Of a DNA stretch of 64,000 bases, positions 39,288 through 57,440 are shown in pieces. A model generated the notes under the pieces. The model was not told the DNA's origin and did no database searches. It saw nothing but the letters and a program-made list of their open reading frames with translations. The position numbers were made by a program, and so were the translations under genes. Numbering within the stretch: position 1 is the first letter of the stretch; the number at the start of each line of letters is the position of its first letter. Source of the DNA: Thalia democratica (lineage: Eukaryota); assembly GCA_965202585.1 (NCBI GenBank), contig OZ241827.1, forward strand, positions 59,024,001 to 59,088,000, given 5' to 3'.

Positions 39288-39600
39288 TATTAAACAGTTC
39301 ATGGATATAACCTAATTTAGATACTAACCTAAATGTTCTCCTAAACACTATGGGTGTGAGGAACTTGGAATCAGCTTCCTGTAAAACAAAAGTAAAATAA
39401 GAAAAATGACATAATAGCTACAAAATATCTAGGATTCAGTTATTTTAATGTTTAAAAAAGTATTTATTAATTTAAAAAGACAAATTTGATCATTTAAACT
39501 GTAAGTAGTAATAAACTCATATATAATTTGGTACAAACTCTAAGTAATTTATTCAGAAAGAAAGAAAAAGAAAGAAAAATGTGAACGCTCACAACTAAGG

Positions 39601-39660
39601 TCGATGGATTGGTGTGGAGAAAGACCTTTCGGTCATTGAGCTGCACACCATTTACTTGTA
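39601..39660 (-). repeat. SINE-like repeat, partial copy
   Basis: Reverse complement ggtgtgcagctcaatgaccgaaaggtc matches the family core. Confidence 0.5.
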
Positions 39661-39776
39661 ACTATTCTTTGAGCTAACTTTAAAACAATAATGAAAAAAT
39701 TAAAACAAAAACTTAATAAGTAACTGTATATACAATTTTTTTTTTTTTTTTAAGTTTAAAAATGGTAAGCCCCTTT

Positions 39777-39810
39777 TTTTAACCCATTACTGCCAATATT
39801 GACCATGGAA
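39777..39810. mobile_element. Possible piggyBac-like terminus (TTAA|CCCATTACTGCC), partner end not found
   Basis: ttaacccattactgcc resembles piggyBac MITE ends; no matching ggcagtaatggg|ttaa was seen. Confidence 0.25.
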
Positions 39811-42800
39811 ACCATAGTCTACCATGGGCTCCACACCGTCTCCTCCCCTAGATTTCTATTTTTATGATCATGTACATTCACATTTTTCTTGTTGCCCTTT
39901 CTACAAGAGCAACCACATAAAATGCAACAAATATCTCAAAATTGAATAAATGGGGAGAGTTAGTAATGTCAGTATATATAAAATATTCAGTAATGTCATA
40001 AAACTGAAAGAGCGCCATGTATTTTAAAAAAGTGTCTTTAAATTTCTAGTATATGTGTTTGTAGGTAAATAAAAATAGAGCAAAAAAAAAACTTTGTCTA
40101 ACTGTTTTATAGATTTGTAAACACTTCAGTTTTAAACAATAAAATCTAGCACTAATAATTGATAGAATTTGTTTAAACTACTTAAAATATAATCACTTCT
40201 AACAATAAACAGCTAAATTTAAAAAACTAAATAATAAAACTTCACAAATATTCTGAAAAAAATAATTCAATTATTATGAACTACACAACTTTTTAATTAG
40301 AATATTATTACTAGGTTTTAGTGAAATAGAATTAAAAATTAATTAAATATTATTACATGATAATAAAGAGCCATTTCTCACCTTGTTATGGTCATGTGGT
40401 CAAGCAAAGCAAAAAGAGAATAGAAAGCTTTTTGGGTTTAGCATGTGCACAGAAGAATCCATTTTTTCCATAAAAAGCATAAAACCTATGAAGCGTAAAC
40501 CTTTAGCCATATTAGTATTCTATTCAGGTCTCTTTTACACTAACAAATGTTGTCGATACAGTTTTACTGTAATATTTCAATTAAAACTAGTTGGTTAAAC
40601 AAAAAAAAAGTGACCTCTCAATGATTTTTTCTAGAATTTTGTAAACTCGTTGTAATAAAAACGTAATTCTGCTTTCATTTATTTTGGTAAAAAGTTTTGT
40701 AGTTATAAAACAAACTAGAGTATTATTTTAACGATATATATTGACAAATAAAATGTTATTTAATCTTTTTTTTTTTAATGCAAGCATCCCAGAAATTTGA
40801 GCGGAATATAAAAATAAAGTATATAACTGCGTTATTTGGGACTTCCTGTATTTAAATCTTTAAACTTCGTTTAAAATTAAGTTAAATGTTGAATACCTTT
40901 AGATAATATTTTTTTGTTGTTGACTTTTGTGCTTTATTTTTTAATACTCTTTTAGCCGTTTTTAATTTTTCCTTTTTTCAATTTAATGGTTTTAGTTTAA
41001 GTTATTGTACTAAAGGTTTTAGTATACAAAAAGTCTTTATTTAATTTAAGATTTGTTTAATTTTTGGAATCTATTTTTTATTTTTTTCAAATATTTTTCA
41101 TTGAAAATGTTTTTTTTTTAATATAAAGCTTAATCTATTTTTTGATAACTAATGTACAGGTATACCTGTTGATTTAACATTTTGTTTTACTTATTAATAT
41201 TTTTATTGTTTTTTAACAGTTAACTTAGTATGTTTCATTTAAATTGAAAAAAAAGAAGAAGTTAACTTAGCTCTCAACATATACTAAACAAATAAAAATG
41301 AGAGTTTAAAATAAAAGTTATCAGATTATGTTGTTGGTTTAGCTTTATTTTATCTTTAGGTACAATCCAGTTTTGCATTTGACTTTAATAGAAGAAAATA
41401 TATTTAAGAATAAAGTATTAAAGGGAACGATTGAAACTAATCTACTAAACCTTCAGCTCTTGCACAATTTAATTTTCACTAAAGTAAATAACCATTACTC
41501 ATTTAAACTTTAAAAGTAGTAACTCACTTTTGTTAAGCTAGCTTTATTTAAATATTTGTAAAATAAAACTAATGATTTGTAACTTATTTTTATGAGTTAT
41601 GAAGACTTTTCTGAAAGTTTAAATAAAATAAATACTTATAATACTACAAAGATTGGTTTTCCAGTGTGATGACCATTTTTTTTAATTAACACTAGGACCT
41701 TTAGTCAAAATTTTTGAGCGGTTTTTTAGTTTTGTTTAATAAACTTCTTTTTTAATTTAATCAGTTTTTAGAACAGTATAACTCTTACTACTATCACTAA
41801 ATCTTTTCTAGTTGATTGTTTTTAACAGTCTTTGTAGTATGCTTTTTTAAATTTTACTTTAAGTTTACTTGTAATCAAACTCAAATACTTTAAAATTTAT
41901 ATTTGAATACAATTTGCAACATACTACCTTTGAAATTTTATTGAAAACACCATTAATTTTGAACGACTAGAAATTTAAATACAAGTATTTTTAAAATGTC
42001 TGCTGCAAATGATTTATAAAAGTTTTTGGAAACTATCAGTTTAATAATTTACTTGGTCTTATGTAATTTGCTTTTTTATTGTTGTCTGATTTTTAAAATA
42101 CAACTACTTCACTTGTAATTGTATTTTTTACAAAATCAGTTGTACTCAAACTATTTGTAAACTATGCACAATAGATAAAAGCAAATGTAATACGTTTGTG
42201 AAAAGTAACTTTTCGATTTGTTTAATTGTAAATGTCCAAAGATAATAACACTTAAACTCAATTTAGAATTTAAACTAAAACTTAATACAGCATTTATTTA
42301 AACTATGTTTTAGTTTTCCTCAAAATTTTTTACACACCGTAAAGTAGTCGTGCATAGTGCACACTTTGAGAATTACTGTATCAAATAACAACAAAAAACT
42401 GTGTACTACATTCTTTAAATCAAACACTTGCATGAATTAAGTTAATTTCCGTTATTTATAATATGCAGTTAATTATTTTATCAATTTTAATTTTAAAGCA
42501 GAGACATAAACTTAAAAGTCTTTACTTTAAAGTAATTATGTAAAGTTTAGTATTTTTAGCCGAAGTAAAGGTTTGACTAAATACGCTTTTTATCTGTTTT
42601 TTTAATGTTTTTTAACCAATATACAACTCTAAACTTTTCTAAATTTTGCTCAAAAAAAAAAAAAATCAAAGAAATAGTTCACATTTATACTTGTACGTAA
42701 ACTTTCTTTTTATTTCACAAATATAGTAATATTGAAGTAAAATTAAAAAAGTTGTTTAAATGAAGTACACAAAATTGTCTTATGTTATTAATTTGTGTTT

Positions 42801-43317
42801 TGAACTTTAACAAACTATCACATAACAAACTTTAATACCATTCTTTAAATAAAATAAAAACTTTGGTTAAAATATCTTACAAAGTTTTATCTAAAACTTT
42901 AAATAATACAAATTTATATATTTTTGACTTGTTTGTAGACTCAAATAACTTAATAATCAAAGTTTTCACAGACAGAAAAATTTTTTTAAATTTTTTTTAA
43001 AACACATCTTTACTTTTGTAAGAATTAATTAAACCAATTATATAAAACGCGGAACTGCTTAAAAACAACAAATATGTATAGTGATATATTTAAGTTATAA
43101 CTTCAAAAAAAACTACGAGTAAAAATTATTGACAAATCAAAAATACTTACTATATTTTTATAGTTAATCACAACTTTGTTAGAAAAATTGTTGTACAACT
43201 ACACTTATATACAGATGAAATTTTAGCATATTTCATTAGTGTAACATTTAAACGTTATTAATGTTACGAAAACGAATAAAATTTATCAAACTTTACACTG
43301 TTCGTACAACTTTTCAA

Positions 43318-49152
<5,835 letters not shown>

Positions 49153-49930
49153 AACAATAGTTTCTAAAAAAGTTACGAACACTTAAAATAAAACTTAATA
49201 AACTTGTAGAAGAAGCAACAAACGGAAGCTAAGTAAAAGGTAAAAGATGATTAATTTCTATTTATCAAGTAGTTTCGGAAAGCTTTATCAGTTTTGTAAA
49301 CTTGTTTATAAACTTACAGTCTGAAATGTATTAAGCATGAAGAAAAATTAAAAGTTATCAAAAACTCTTTAATTATGAATTTTAACAATTAATAAGTACA
49401 AGTTTTGTTTAAAAATCAACTGCAATAACAAATAGCATCCTAGTTTGTTAAATTGATTTAACTTATTTAAGACGAATCAGTTTTGTTAACCAAATAAAAC
49501 CATGAAAATGTCATATTAAAAATAAGATTTAAATTTTTTATAAAAACATTTTTTGTTACGACTTTTATCATATTAATTTTTGTAAAAGTGTTACAATAAT
49601 TTTCAAAGCTAGTACTGTTATAAGTTATGTTAACAAATAGCTGTAAACTTAAGTTAGTAAACTACACAAATTCCTATTAAAATTTTATCTTTTTAATGAA
49701 TATTACAATAATGTTTGAAACCTTGAAATCAGTCAAACATTTTACCAAGTAAGTTTGTAAAAAATTAAAAAATGCTACATTTTAATAGTAAATACAAATA
49801 AAAAAGCTTAATAATTTATAAATAAGAAAAACGAAAAAAATGTATAAATTTGACAGAAATTTAAAAAAGGTTATCAGACAAGATATAAGCTTCCAGTTTA
49901 AAAGAGAGGCAAGACATAAGTTTTAACTGA

Positions 49931-50185
49931 CTAGATATATGTGTTGCGGGTGCTTAGTCTCCCTGCCTGAATTTGAACTCCGCAGTAAGTTTTACCGTTA
50001 AAGCTTCTTTCCTTCCCAAGAAGAAACCGGATGTTGGCAGTATCGCTTGCAATTCTAACAAGAATGTTGTCACACTGAGGGTTCAGGTCCTGGTGGAGCC
50101 TGTCGAGGACCTTATTCGAAAACTCATTGCGAGCTGCTTTGTCGTTGTAAAAATCAGGTGGTGGAGACTTACGATAGCAGACTAA
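49931..50185 (-). CDS. Terminal coding exon of an unidentified gene (~84 aa)
   Basis: Open frame LVCYRKSPPPDFYNDKAARNEFSNKVLDRLHQDLNPQCDNILVRIASDTANIRFLLGKERSFNGKTYCGVQIQAGRLSTRNTYI*. It coincides exactly with a GC-rich block with C-ending codons. Candidate acceptors precede 50185 or 50181. Upstream exons not resolved. Confidence 0.55.
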   Translation of the reverse strand, partial: LVCYRKSPPPDFYNDKAARNEFSNKVLDRLHQDLNPQCDNILVRIASDTANIRFLLGKERSFNGKTYCGVQIQAGRLSTRNTYI

Positions 50186-50193
50186 CTATGTTA

Positions 50194-50952
50194 CAGGGGC
50201 GTCGCGTGGGGTGTTGCACTGCTGCAACTGCACCACCTTAAAATTTTGTAAGAAAAAATTAAGTATCTATAACGTTTTCGTTATTTTTTAGAACAAAATC
50301 TCTTATAAAACTCCAATTTAGAAAACGACCATTTTGCTCACTTCACTGCCGCAAACTCTTAGCTGACTGCCGCAAATGAACTCAAAAGCTAAGCAGAGCA
50401 CAGGCAACTCGAGAAGAGGCAACTCGAGAAGAAGCAACTCGAGAAGAAGCAACTCGAGAAGAGGCAACTCGAGAAGAAGCAACTCGAGAAGAAGCAACTC
50501 GAGAAGAAGCAACTCGAGAAGAAGCAACTCGAGAAGAAGCAACTCGAGAAGAAGCAACTCGAGAAGAAGCAACTCGAGAAGAAGCAACTCGAGAAGAAGC
50601 AACTCGAGAAGAAGCAACTCGACAAGAAGCAACTCGACAAGAAGCAACTCGAGAAGAAGCAACTCGAGAAGAAGCAACTCGAGAAGAAGCAACTCGAGAA
50701 GAAGCAACTCGAGAAGAAGCAACTCGAGAAGAGGCAACTCGAGAAGAAGCAACTCGAGAATAGGCGACTCGAGGAAAAGCAACTCGAGAATTAGCAACTC
50801 GAGCAGAAGCAACTTAAGAAGAAGCAACTCGAGCAGAAGCTACTCTAGCAGAGGCAACTCGAGCAGGGACAACTCAAGTAGGGGTATATCGATCACCTTC
50901 AACTCGGTTTTTTTTTTGCACCACCTAACAAAAATACCACGCGACGCCACTG
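50194..50952. mobile_element. hAT-family MITE (759 bp) with perfect 8-bp TSD
   Basis: ctatgtta|caggggcgtcgcgtgg ... ccacgcgacgccactg|ctatgtta; TIR match 15/16; TSD copies at 50186-50193 and 50953-50960. Confidence 0.93.
50403..50880. repeat. 15-bp minisatellite (gcaactcgagaagaa), about 32 copies, inside the hAT MITE
   Basis: Read directly; homogeneous centre, degenerate toward 50760-50880. Confidence 0.97.
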
Positions 50953-53900
50953 CTATGTTATGTAAAACGTCTACAACTTCAACACAAAAAAACTAGCTTT
51001 TGTAAATAAATATATGTTTAAATCATGTAAAACTTTTTTATAGAAAAAAAACCTGGTTGTAGATTTTTCGAGAAATGAAATTACTTTATTAGTAACTATT
51101 TTGTTTAAAAAACTAAAATCATTCTTTTCGTCTTTGTATCAAAAATTTAATGCATTATAACAAATGTTACATCGGCAAGTTACTTTTCATAGTAACATAA
51201 CTTAACAATTTCTCCTAAACACTTTCGCATGCAAGCTTTAACTTATGAAGCGCATAAAAATTACCGTATCATAGATGTAATTACAGTTTGTTTAAAATAA
51301 ACCCTTATAAAAGTTTATTGGAATAAATATCGTACTTAATTTGATAGGAAAACTCTAACTGCATATTTTAGAAACAAGGTTGAAAAACAAAACATAAAAA
51401 GTTTACAGAAAACAATAAAATTGCATTTATTAGATAAACTTAAAGATCGAAGAAAACATCGGCGAAAGTCTACAGAGCCTTAGCCTGCACTTTTGTATGC
51501 CGTGAGACAAGCTTAAGTTAACGAAAAAGTTTGATAATGCTTTAAAGGTGGTACATTTATAAGTGCAGCGGGTATAGTAGTAAGGTTAATTTTTTTTTAG
51601 TTCTTAATATAACTCAAATGGGGTGAAGTAAAAAATAGTAGTACATTAAAAACATATTAACTTTTATCTTAAACCAATTTTACTCAATACTCTTTATTTA
51701 TATCCTTAACCTTAACCGATCAAAACAAAACATATAACAAATAAACAGAAGAAAAAAATATTAATTAAAATTTATAATTAAAAGAAGTAAAATTTTAGCC
51801 AATAGGCAGCGCCTGAAATTTACAGCTGATAGTTTTTAAATTATGCACCGAATAGTTTTATGTGTCCTTTAAAAGTTTTATTGAAACGTTACTGACTACG
51901 CGACAAATATCAACAAACTAAATATATTTCAAGCAGTTCTCATCAGTAGAATACAAAGTAACAAGAGATAAAAACTATTTAAAAACTTATATAGTTACAA
52001 AGTTATCAAAAGAGTAAAAGACAAAAACAATTATCAAAATTAAAAAGTACTTTGGCTTATAATTTACACATGTTTAACTCAGTAAATACACATTTTAAAA
52101 ACTATTCTAATTAATCAAAAATAAAATTATGTGGCTAATTGAGACGATTTCTCATATATTCTAAAAAATTCATTAACGATTTTCAATTACATATAAATTA
52201 GTAAGCTCCTTTAAAACTTAAGTAAGAAGTTTAAGTTAACAAATACTATACTAGCTTTGCAAAATTAATTGCTTTGTTTTGTCAATAAAAAAAAAGAATA
52301 GTTATTTAAATCGTAGTGAAAATTGTATAAGCGTTTGTATATGCAACATATTAGACTTGTTTAGAATGTTTTATGAGTTATGATAAAAAACATTTTTCTA
52401 AACTTGATTTAAAGGTTGTTGAGTTAAAAAAAAATCTGTAGTTAAATTAGGTAAAATCTATTGAAATGTTTCAAGCTATTTCGACCAAATTTTTAGTAGA
52501 GATAAATAAGTAAAACCGACATATAGTTAGATGAACTAGAAGATCTTGAAATTGAATATATAATCTTAATTATAAATAACATAAACTACTTCATAAACAA
52601 ATTTTCACCTTTGTACTATTTTACAGCAATTATGAGTTTTAATTTAAGAATCCTATTTTAGTTTAACAATCAAAGTTTTGAAACAAAACAAATTTAATTA
52701 CTGAAATAAACAAATAAAGACCCTAAAATAAAAATATTAAAATATAGAGAAATCAACTCTACAATAACTTTAAAGTAATTATTTTAATCATACGGTATTA
52801 TTTTAATTACTAATCTCGTATAAAAACGTTTTTAATTCATTGCATTAACTATTTAAATAAATAACTTTTTGCATCTTTTTAGATGCTATTAAAATTTAAT
52901 TACGTATATAACACAAAATAAAGATTTTTTTACTTTTTTATTTAGTCAAAATTATTCCTACCAAGATTTGTTATGTACAATATTTTGTTCAACATATCTT
53001 ACTTTAGAACAAAATTAATAAAAGCCTTATACTTAAATTATTTTATCTAAAACCAGCTTATAGATCACGTTTTATGATCAACTAGATCAAGTTTTGAATT
53101 AAAACACGTTAATTTTGATTGATTAGTTTTGGTTGCAGAAGCAATACTTATATTTATACTGCACGTGCTTTGCGCGTGTTTCAGTAAAAGTAAAGAAAGT
53201 TGTTAAACAAACGCAATTTTCAAACACGCTTTGTTCGTATTTTAACATCACTAGTGAAACAGACACCTCGTTTGAAAACTGAATGAAGTCACGGTTTTAT
53301 CACGCGTTTGTCCACTTTAGGAACCACAATTTTTTGTTAGGAAGTTATAAAATTAAAGCAACTTTTGAGTAAGAATTATTTGATAAGAAAAAATAATCGG
53401 TTAAAGTTTCAGAAAAAAAGTTCACTAAAACAATTAAATCTATTTTCTGAATATCCAAAGCTTCAAAACTTTTTGGTTTAAGCATTAATTTTTTGGTTTC
53501 TGGAATTAAATTTAATCTTCAAAGTATGCTTTGTGGGCATTTGAAAATTATTTTTTGTTTTTTTGTTTAAACAAACCCCCGATTATTTAAACTTTATAGA
53601 ATTTGATTTAACCTAAGCTGCATGACTGCAACTTTTAATCTTTTTATTATTCTCTTTTTTTAGTAACCTCCAACCACATAGGTCAGAAAAACTATTTAAT
53701 TTTTCAAACAGCCAAATGTCAAATTTGTATAATGCAATTAAACTTTAATCTTGTACAATGTTTTAGAAACTCGCAAATGTGTAATTCGAAAACTAAAGTT
53801 CAGAAATTTCTAAAAACAAGTACACATAGTCATAGGATTGTATGCCATAGAAAATAAAAAAAAATTGACAAAAGAAATTGATATTTGACATTGATAGTGT

Positions 53901-53974
53901 CACTTAAAACGATTTAGTTCACCGGGTATGAAACGTGCAACGTCATAGACTATATGGAGCGATGTAAATTACCT

Positions 53975-56630
53975 TCAAACATCATCAGTATCTCTTACTC
54001 TTAAATGTTTGTACTTGAGTGTTTTAAACAAACTTAACATAAGTTACACTTTCATTTTACAAAGCAATGACATACGAGGTATTTGCTCAGCAATCTATTT
54101 AAAACGTCATCACGCGTCAGCCCTGCCGTTTTTAAACCACTTAACGAGTTCGTAGCTTATTCAATTGTAACAAAAAAGGAATCTTGTTTGTAAACAGATA
54201 TGTAAATATGTATATTATATAAATTGTATATACTGTAATACGTAAATGTGTAATTTATTCACCGTAAAAGGCGAATAAAAAGTTCTCATGTACTAATGAA
54301 AAAGAAAACAAGGAAAATATCTCATGTACTAACAGAATTAAAGGCAGCTTTTGAAAATACAAAGTTAAAACAGTTTTAGCAAGTATTATCTAAGTTCTCT
54401 ACACAATTAAGCAAAAGTTAGACGTTAAACAAAACATAAAAAAAGACTTATGACAAGAAATGTTAATTTGTAATATAACTGTGCAGAAAAAAAAACAAAA
54501 CAGTTGTTTTATATGAAAGTATAACTGTACAAAATACATTTTTCATTACTATCATTCTATAAAAAAAAGAAAAACAAACTGTTCAATGAAACATAAATTT
54601 TTCAGTTGAAGCTATTTACTTGGTATATCAGTGTTAACATTAACTTAAGATGTGCAAGTTTTAATACAGTAAAAAACACATTTTATATTTATAACTAGTG
54701 TTAAAACAAGCATAATGTAGTAGTTCTGTAAGTATATAAAGTTTTGTACAAAAATTGAATTAATTTTGAAACAAATACATTTATTTCTATTAATTTTTAA
54801 TTAAGTAAATGTTACACAAAGCAACATTAATAATTAAAAGTCTTAAAAATACATAGAAAAAAAATTGCAAAAATCAACTCAAACGTCCTCGAAAGACGGC
54901 GGAGGCGTCTCATCTTTTTCAGTTGTCAGCTGCAGTTTACCTTTTATTACGTCATAATAGTTCGGAGGGAGAACTGGCTTGCTCTTTAGCTCCATAGTAA
55001 GCGCGATGCTGTACGGAGGAGGATTTCTTGCTGCTAATTCAGCTGTATTTTTATTAAAACTTTTATTGATTATTTGTAAACCTGTATTTTGCAATTGTTT
55101 TGTTACCTTAATTAAGTTTTTCGCTTTTAAGTTAAGTTTAAAAAAGGTTTAACATTAAAAATATTTTGTTTTTGCAAATTGACTTTTACTTAACTTTTAA
55201 CATACCCTCATGTTGTATTTTTCTTTTCATTCTGTATTTTATTCCACAATATACAATTAGTATAAACAACAGAGCAGTAATCGATGAACATATTGCAACA
55301 ATTGGTCTGAAATTTTTAAGTTAAATTCAGAATTAAAAAGGCGAATTTAGAGTTGATTTTAGTTTCTGATTAACAAATTATAAAAAGAGATTATTTCTTT
55401 AAATTTAACTTTAAATTCGTTTAAAACTTTGTATATATGTATTTCTTACCTTTTCTGTATGTGAAACTTTAAGCGATTTATAAAGTTCAAGTTGAGTGTC
55501 TAAGCTCATATTTACTAAAATTTTTGTTTAATAGACATTAAAAAAACATTTAAAACAACCATATTAAATGAGGTTGAAGCTGAAAAATAAAGTTTAAACA
55601 GATAATTAACTACGTGAGAGCGTTTTAAAATTAAGGTAATTTCAACAAGTTTAACAGATAAGTGAACAATAAAATCAAAATTACACTTGTTGCCTATCAG
55701 GATCGCAGCAGACGTAGGGAGGTGTATTTTTCTGCCTGAAAATCGGTTCGCAGCAGCTCAGGTCAGACTGGTGACAGTTCAGTGCCGTGCAGAATTTTGT
55801 TGCTTCATCACTAATTGATGCACTAGTGTTTGACACTGCAAAAAACATTGTTGTTTACAACAGCTTTAGTTTGTTTTATTAAACATAAATTGACTGTCAT
55901 GTTAATTGGTAGGTTGTTAACTAAAAAAAAAGTTTTTAATTATTGTTTTAAAACAAAAGTGTAAGAAAAAGTTTACGTACTTAAATAAAGAAATGTCAAG
56001 CTGATCGACTGACGTAAACTTGCCTTTTATGAGGTAAGTAAAAATTAAAGTCAAAATGGTGGACCTAAAAGTTATTATTATTTTTGTAACTTTTTAAAAC
56101 CATTTATTTAATGCATGATTTTTTTAGCATTTAGACGATTGATTTTAATGATTAAAAAAAATAACATATTATGAACATGTTTTATTAAAACTTTTAAAAG
56201 TTAATTGGAAAAAAACAAAACAATTTTTATAAACTGTTAGGCTAACAACACCCCTTTTGAGCGCAAACTTTCAATATAACAAAACCTCTGCGGCAACTAA
56301 ACATAAAAAATAAACAAAACACTTAGGTTTTAAGTGCTTATACATGTGACATTAATTAACAATTGGTCAAATTAGTGAATTTATTTTATTGATTAGGTTA
56401 GGTGGGAAATACTTTACGCATAAATTTTTAAAAAGTATTTGAAAACCTAATTTAGAAAAAAAAAATGTTTAGTCTGTTAACTAACAAATACGTTTATTGA
56501 CATTTTTAGCAAATAATAGTTTAAAATAACTTTATTTTTAAATGTATTAAAAATTTATCAAATATATTTTTTGACTAACCTATTTTAGCCGTAACAACAC
56601 TTATGTCCATTGTAGTACTCATTTAGATTT
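53975..56630. repeat. Segmental duplication, copy 1 (paralogue at ~61330-64000, offset ~7.35 kb)
   Basis: Collinear from tcagtatctcttactcttaaatgtt through all exons and introns of the PY-motif gene. Confidence 0.92.
54879..56622 (-). CDS. WBP1/VOPP1/TMEM92 (Shisa-like, six-Cys) single-pass PY-motif adaptor, copy 1 (~181 aa)
   Basis: Exons 56622-56580 (tentative), 55835-55687, 55499-55450, 55306-55206, 55081-54879. Ectodomain C-x4-C-x6-CC-x12-CC (FCTALNCHQSDLSCCEPIFRQKNTPPYVCCD); TM IVAICSSITALLFILIVYCGI followed by KYRMKRK; tail PPPY, LPPNY, PPPSF. Confidence 0.82.
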
Positions 56631-56920
56631 TAAAATAACTAAAAAGATTTATATATCTTTGTAATAATAAAAAGATTATATGAAAATATAAATACAAACT
56701 TTTACTTCTAAAACAAAGTTTTAACGAAAGTTTTATGTTATTAAACAAAATGAACAATGCCTATCATTAACAGCTTGCTACTAAAATCTGTAAGTAACTT
56801 AAAAAAAAACATTGACTTTCATATAGTCTAGGAGAGTTTCTAAAGTAAACTACTTTTTTTTGTTAAGTTTTTGTGTCTTCAAACACTTTGTACTAACATG
56901 CAGAAATGTGCTGTAGAAAT

Positions 56921-57016
56921 ACTTACATGTGGAAATCTTTGCATTCCAAATTACCTTCTTTGTTTCTAAACCACAAACCGAATATCAGCTCAGGTCATAC
57001 GTAGCTTGCTTTGCAC
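56921..57016 (-). repeat. ~100-bp repeat, copy 1 of 3 (others at 57341-57440 - and 60938-61036 +)
   Basis: Shared gcaagctacg..agct..ggtttgtggttt..aagaa..gaatg..agatttccacatg. Confidence 0.75.
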
Positions 57017-57340
57017 TTTTGATAAAAAAATCATTTTTTTATTAGATCATTCACTGTTTATGTCTTCTAACAGTTTTTACCATTGGCAACGCGTACGGGT
57101 GTTCGAAAAACACACAAGAATTAAAAACTCGTTTGTTTAACTAATTTTAAACTAATCTAACAAGATTAAAACACCACAATTAACAAAAACTGTTTGTAAA
57201 CAAAATTTTATTCGTAAAAAACTAAGTTTTAACAGTTTTAGAACATTATAAAAAGTTTTTTCTTTTTAGGTGGAGCATATGTTCAAATGCTAACCCCACG
57301 CGACGCCCAAATTATGCACTATTTTATCGCAGAGGTGTTG

Positions 57341-57440
57341 CCATGTGGAAATCTTAACATTCCGATAAATCTTCTTTATTTCCAAACCACCTATTGACCA
57401 TGAGTTCAAGTGCAGCTATCACGCGTGGCTTGCTATGTAC
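57341..57440 (-). repeat. ~100-bp repeat, copy 2 of 3, next to an orphan hAT right end (ccacgcgacgccc, ~57297)
   Basis: Direct sequence comparison with 56921 and 60938. Confidence 0.7.

Noticed and set aside
49973-50185. Plus-strand 70-aa ORF
   Set aside because: Shadow of the minus-strand frame, which is longer, has coding-like codons and ends at the GC boundary.
50318-50996. ORFs 50376..50996, 50318..50827 and 50389..50640 as proteins
   Set aside because: Artefacts of a stop-free 15-bp repeat inside a MITE.
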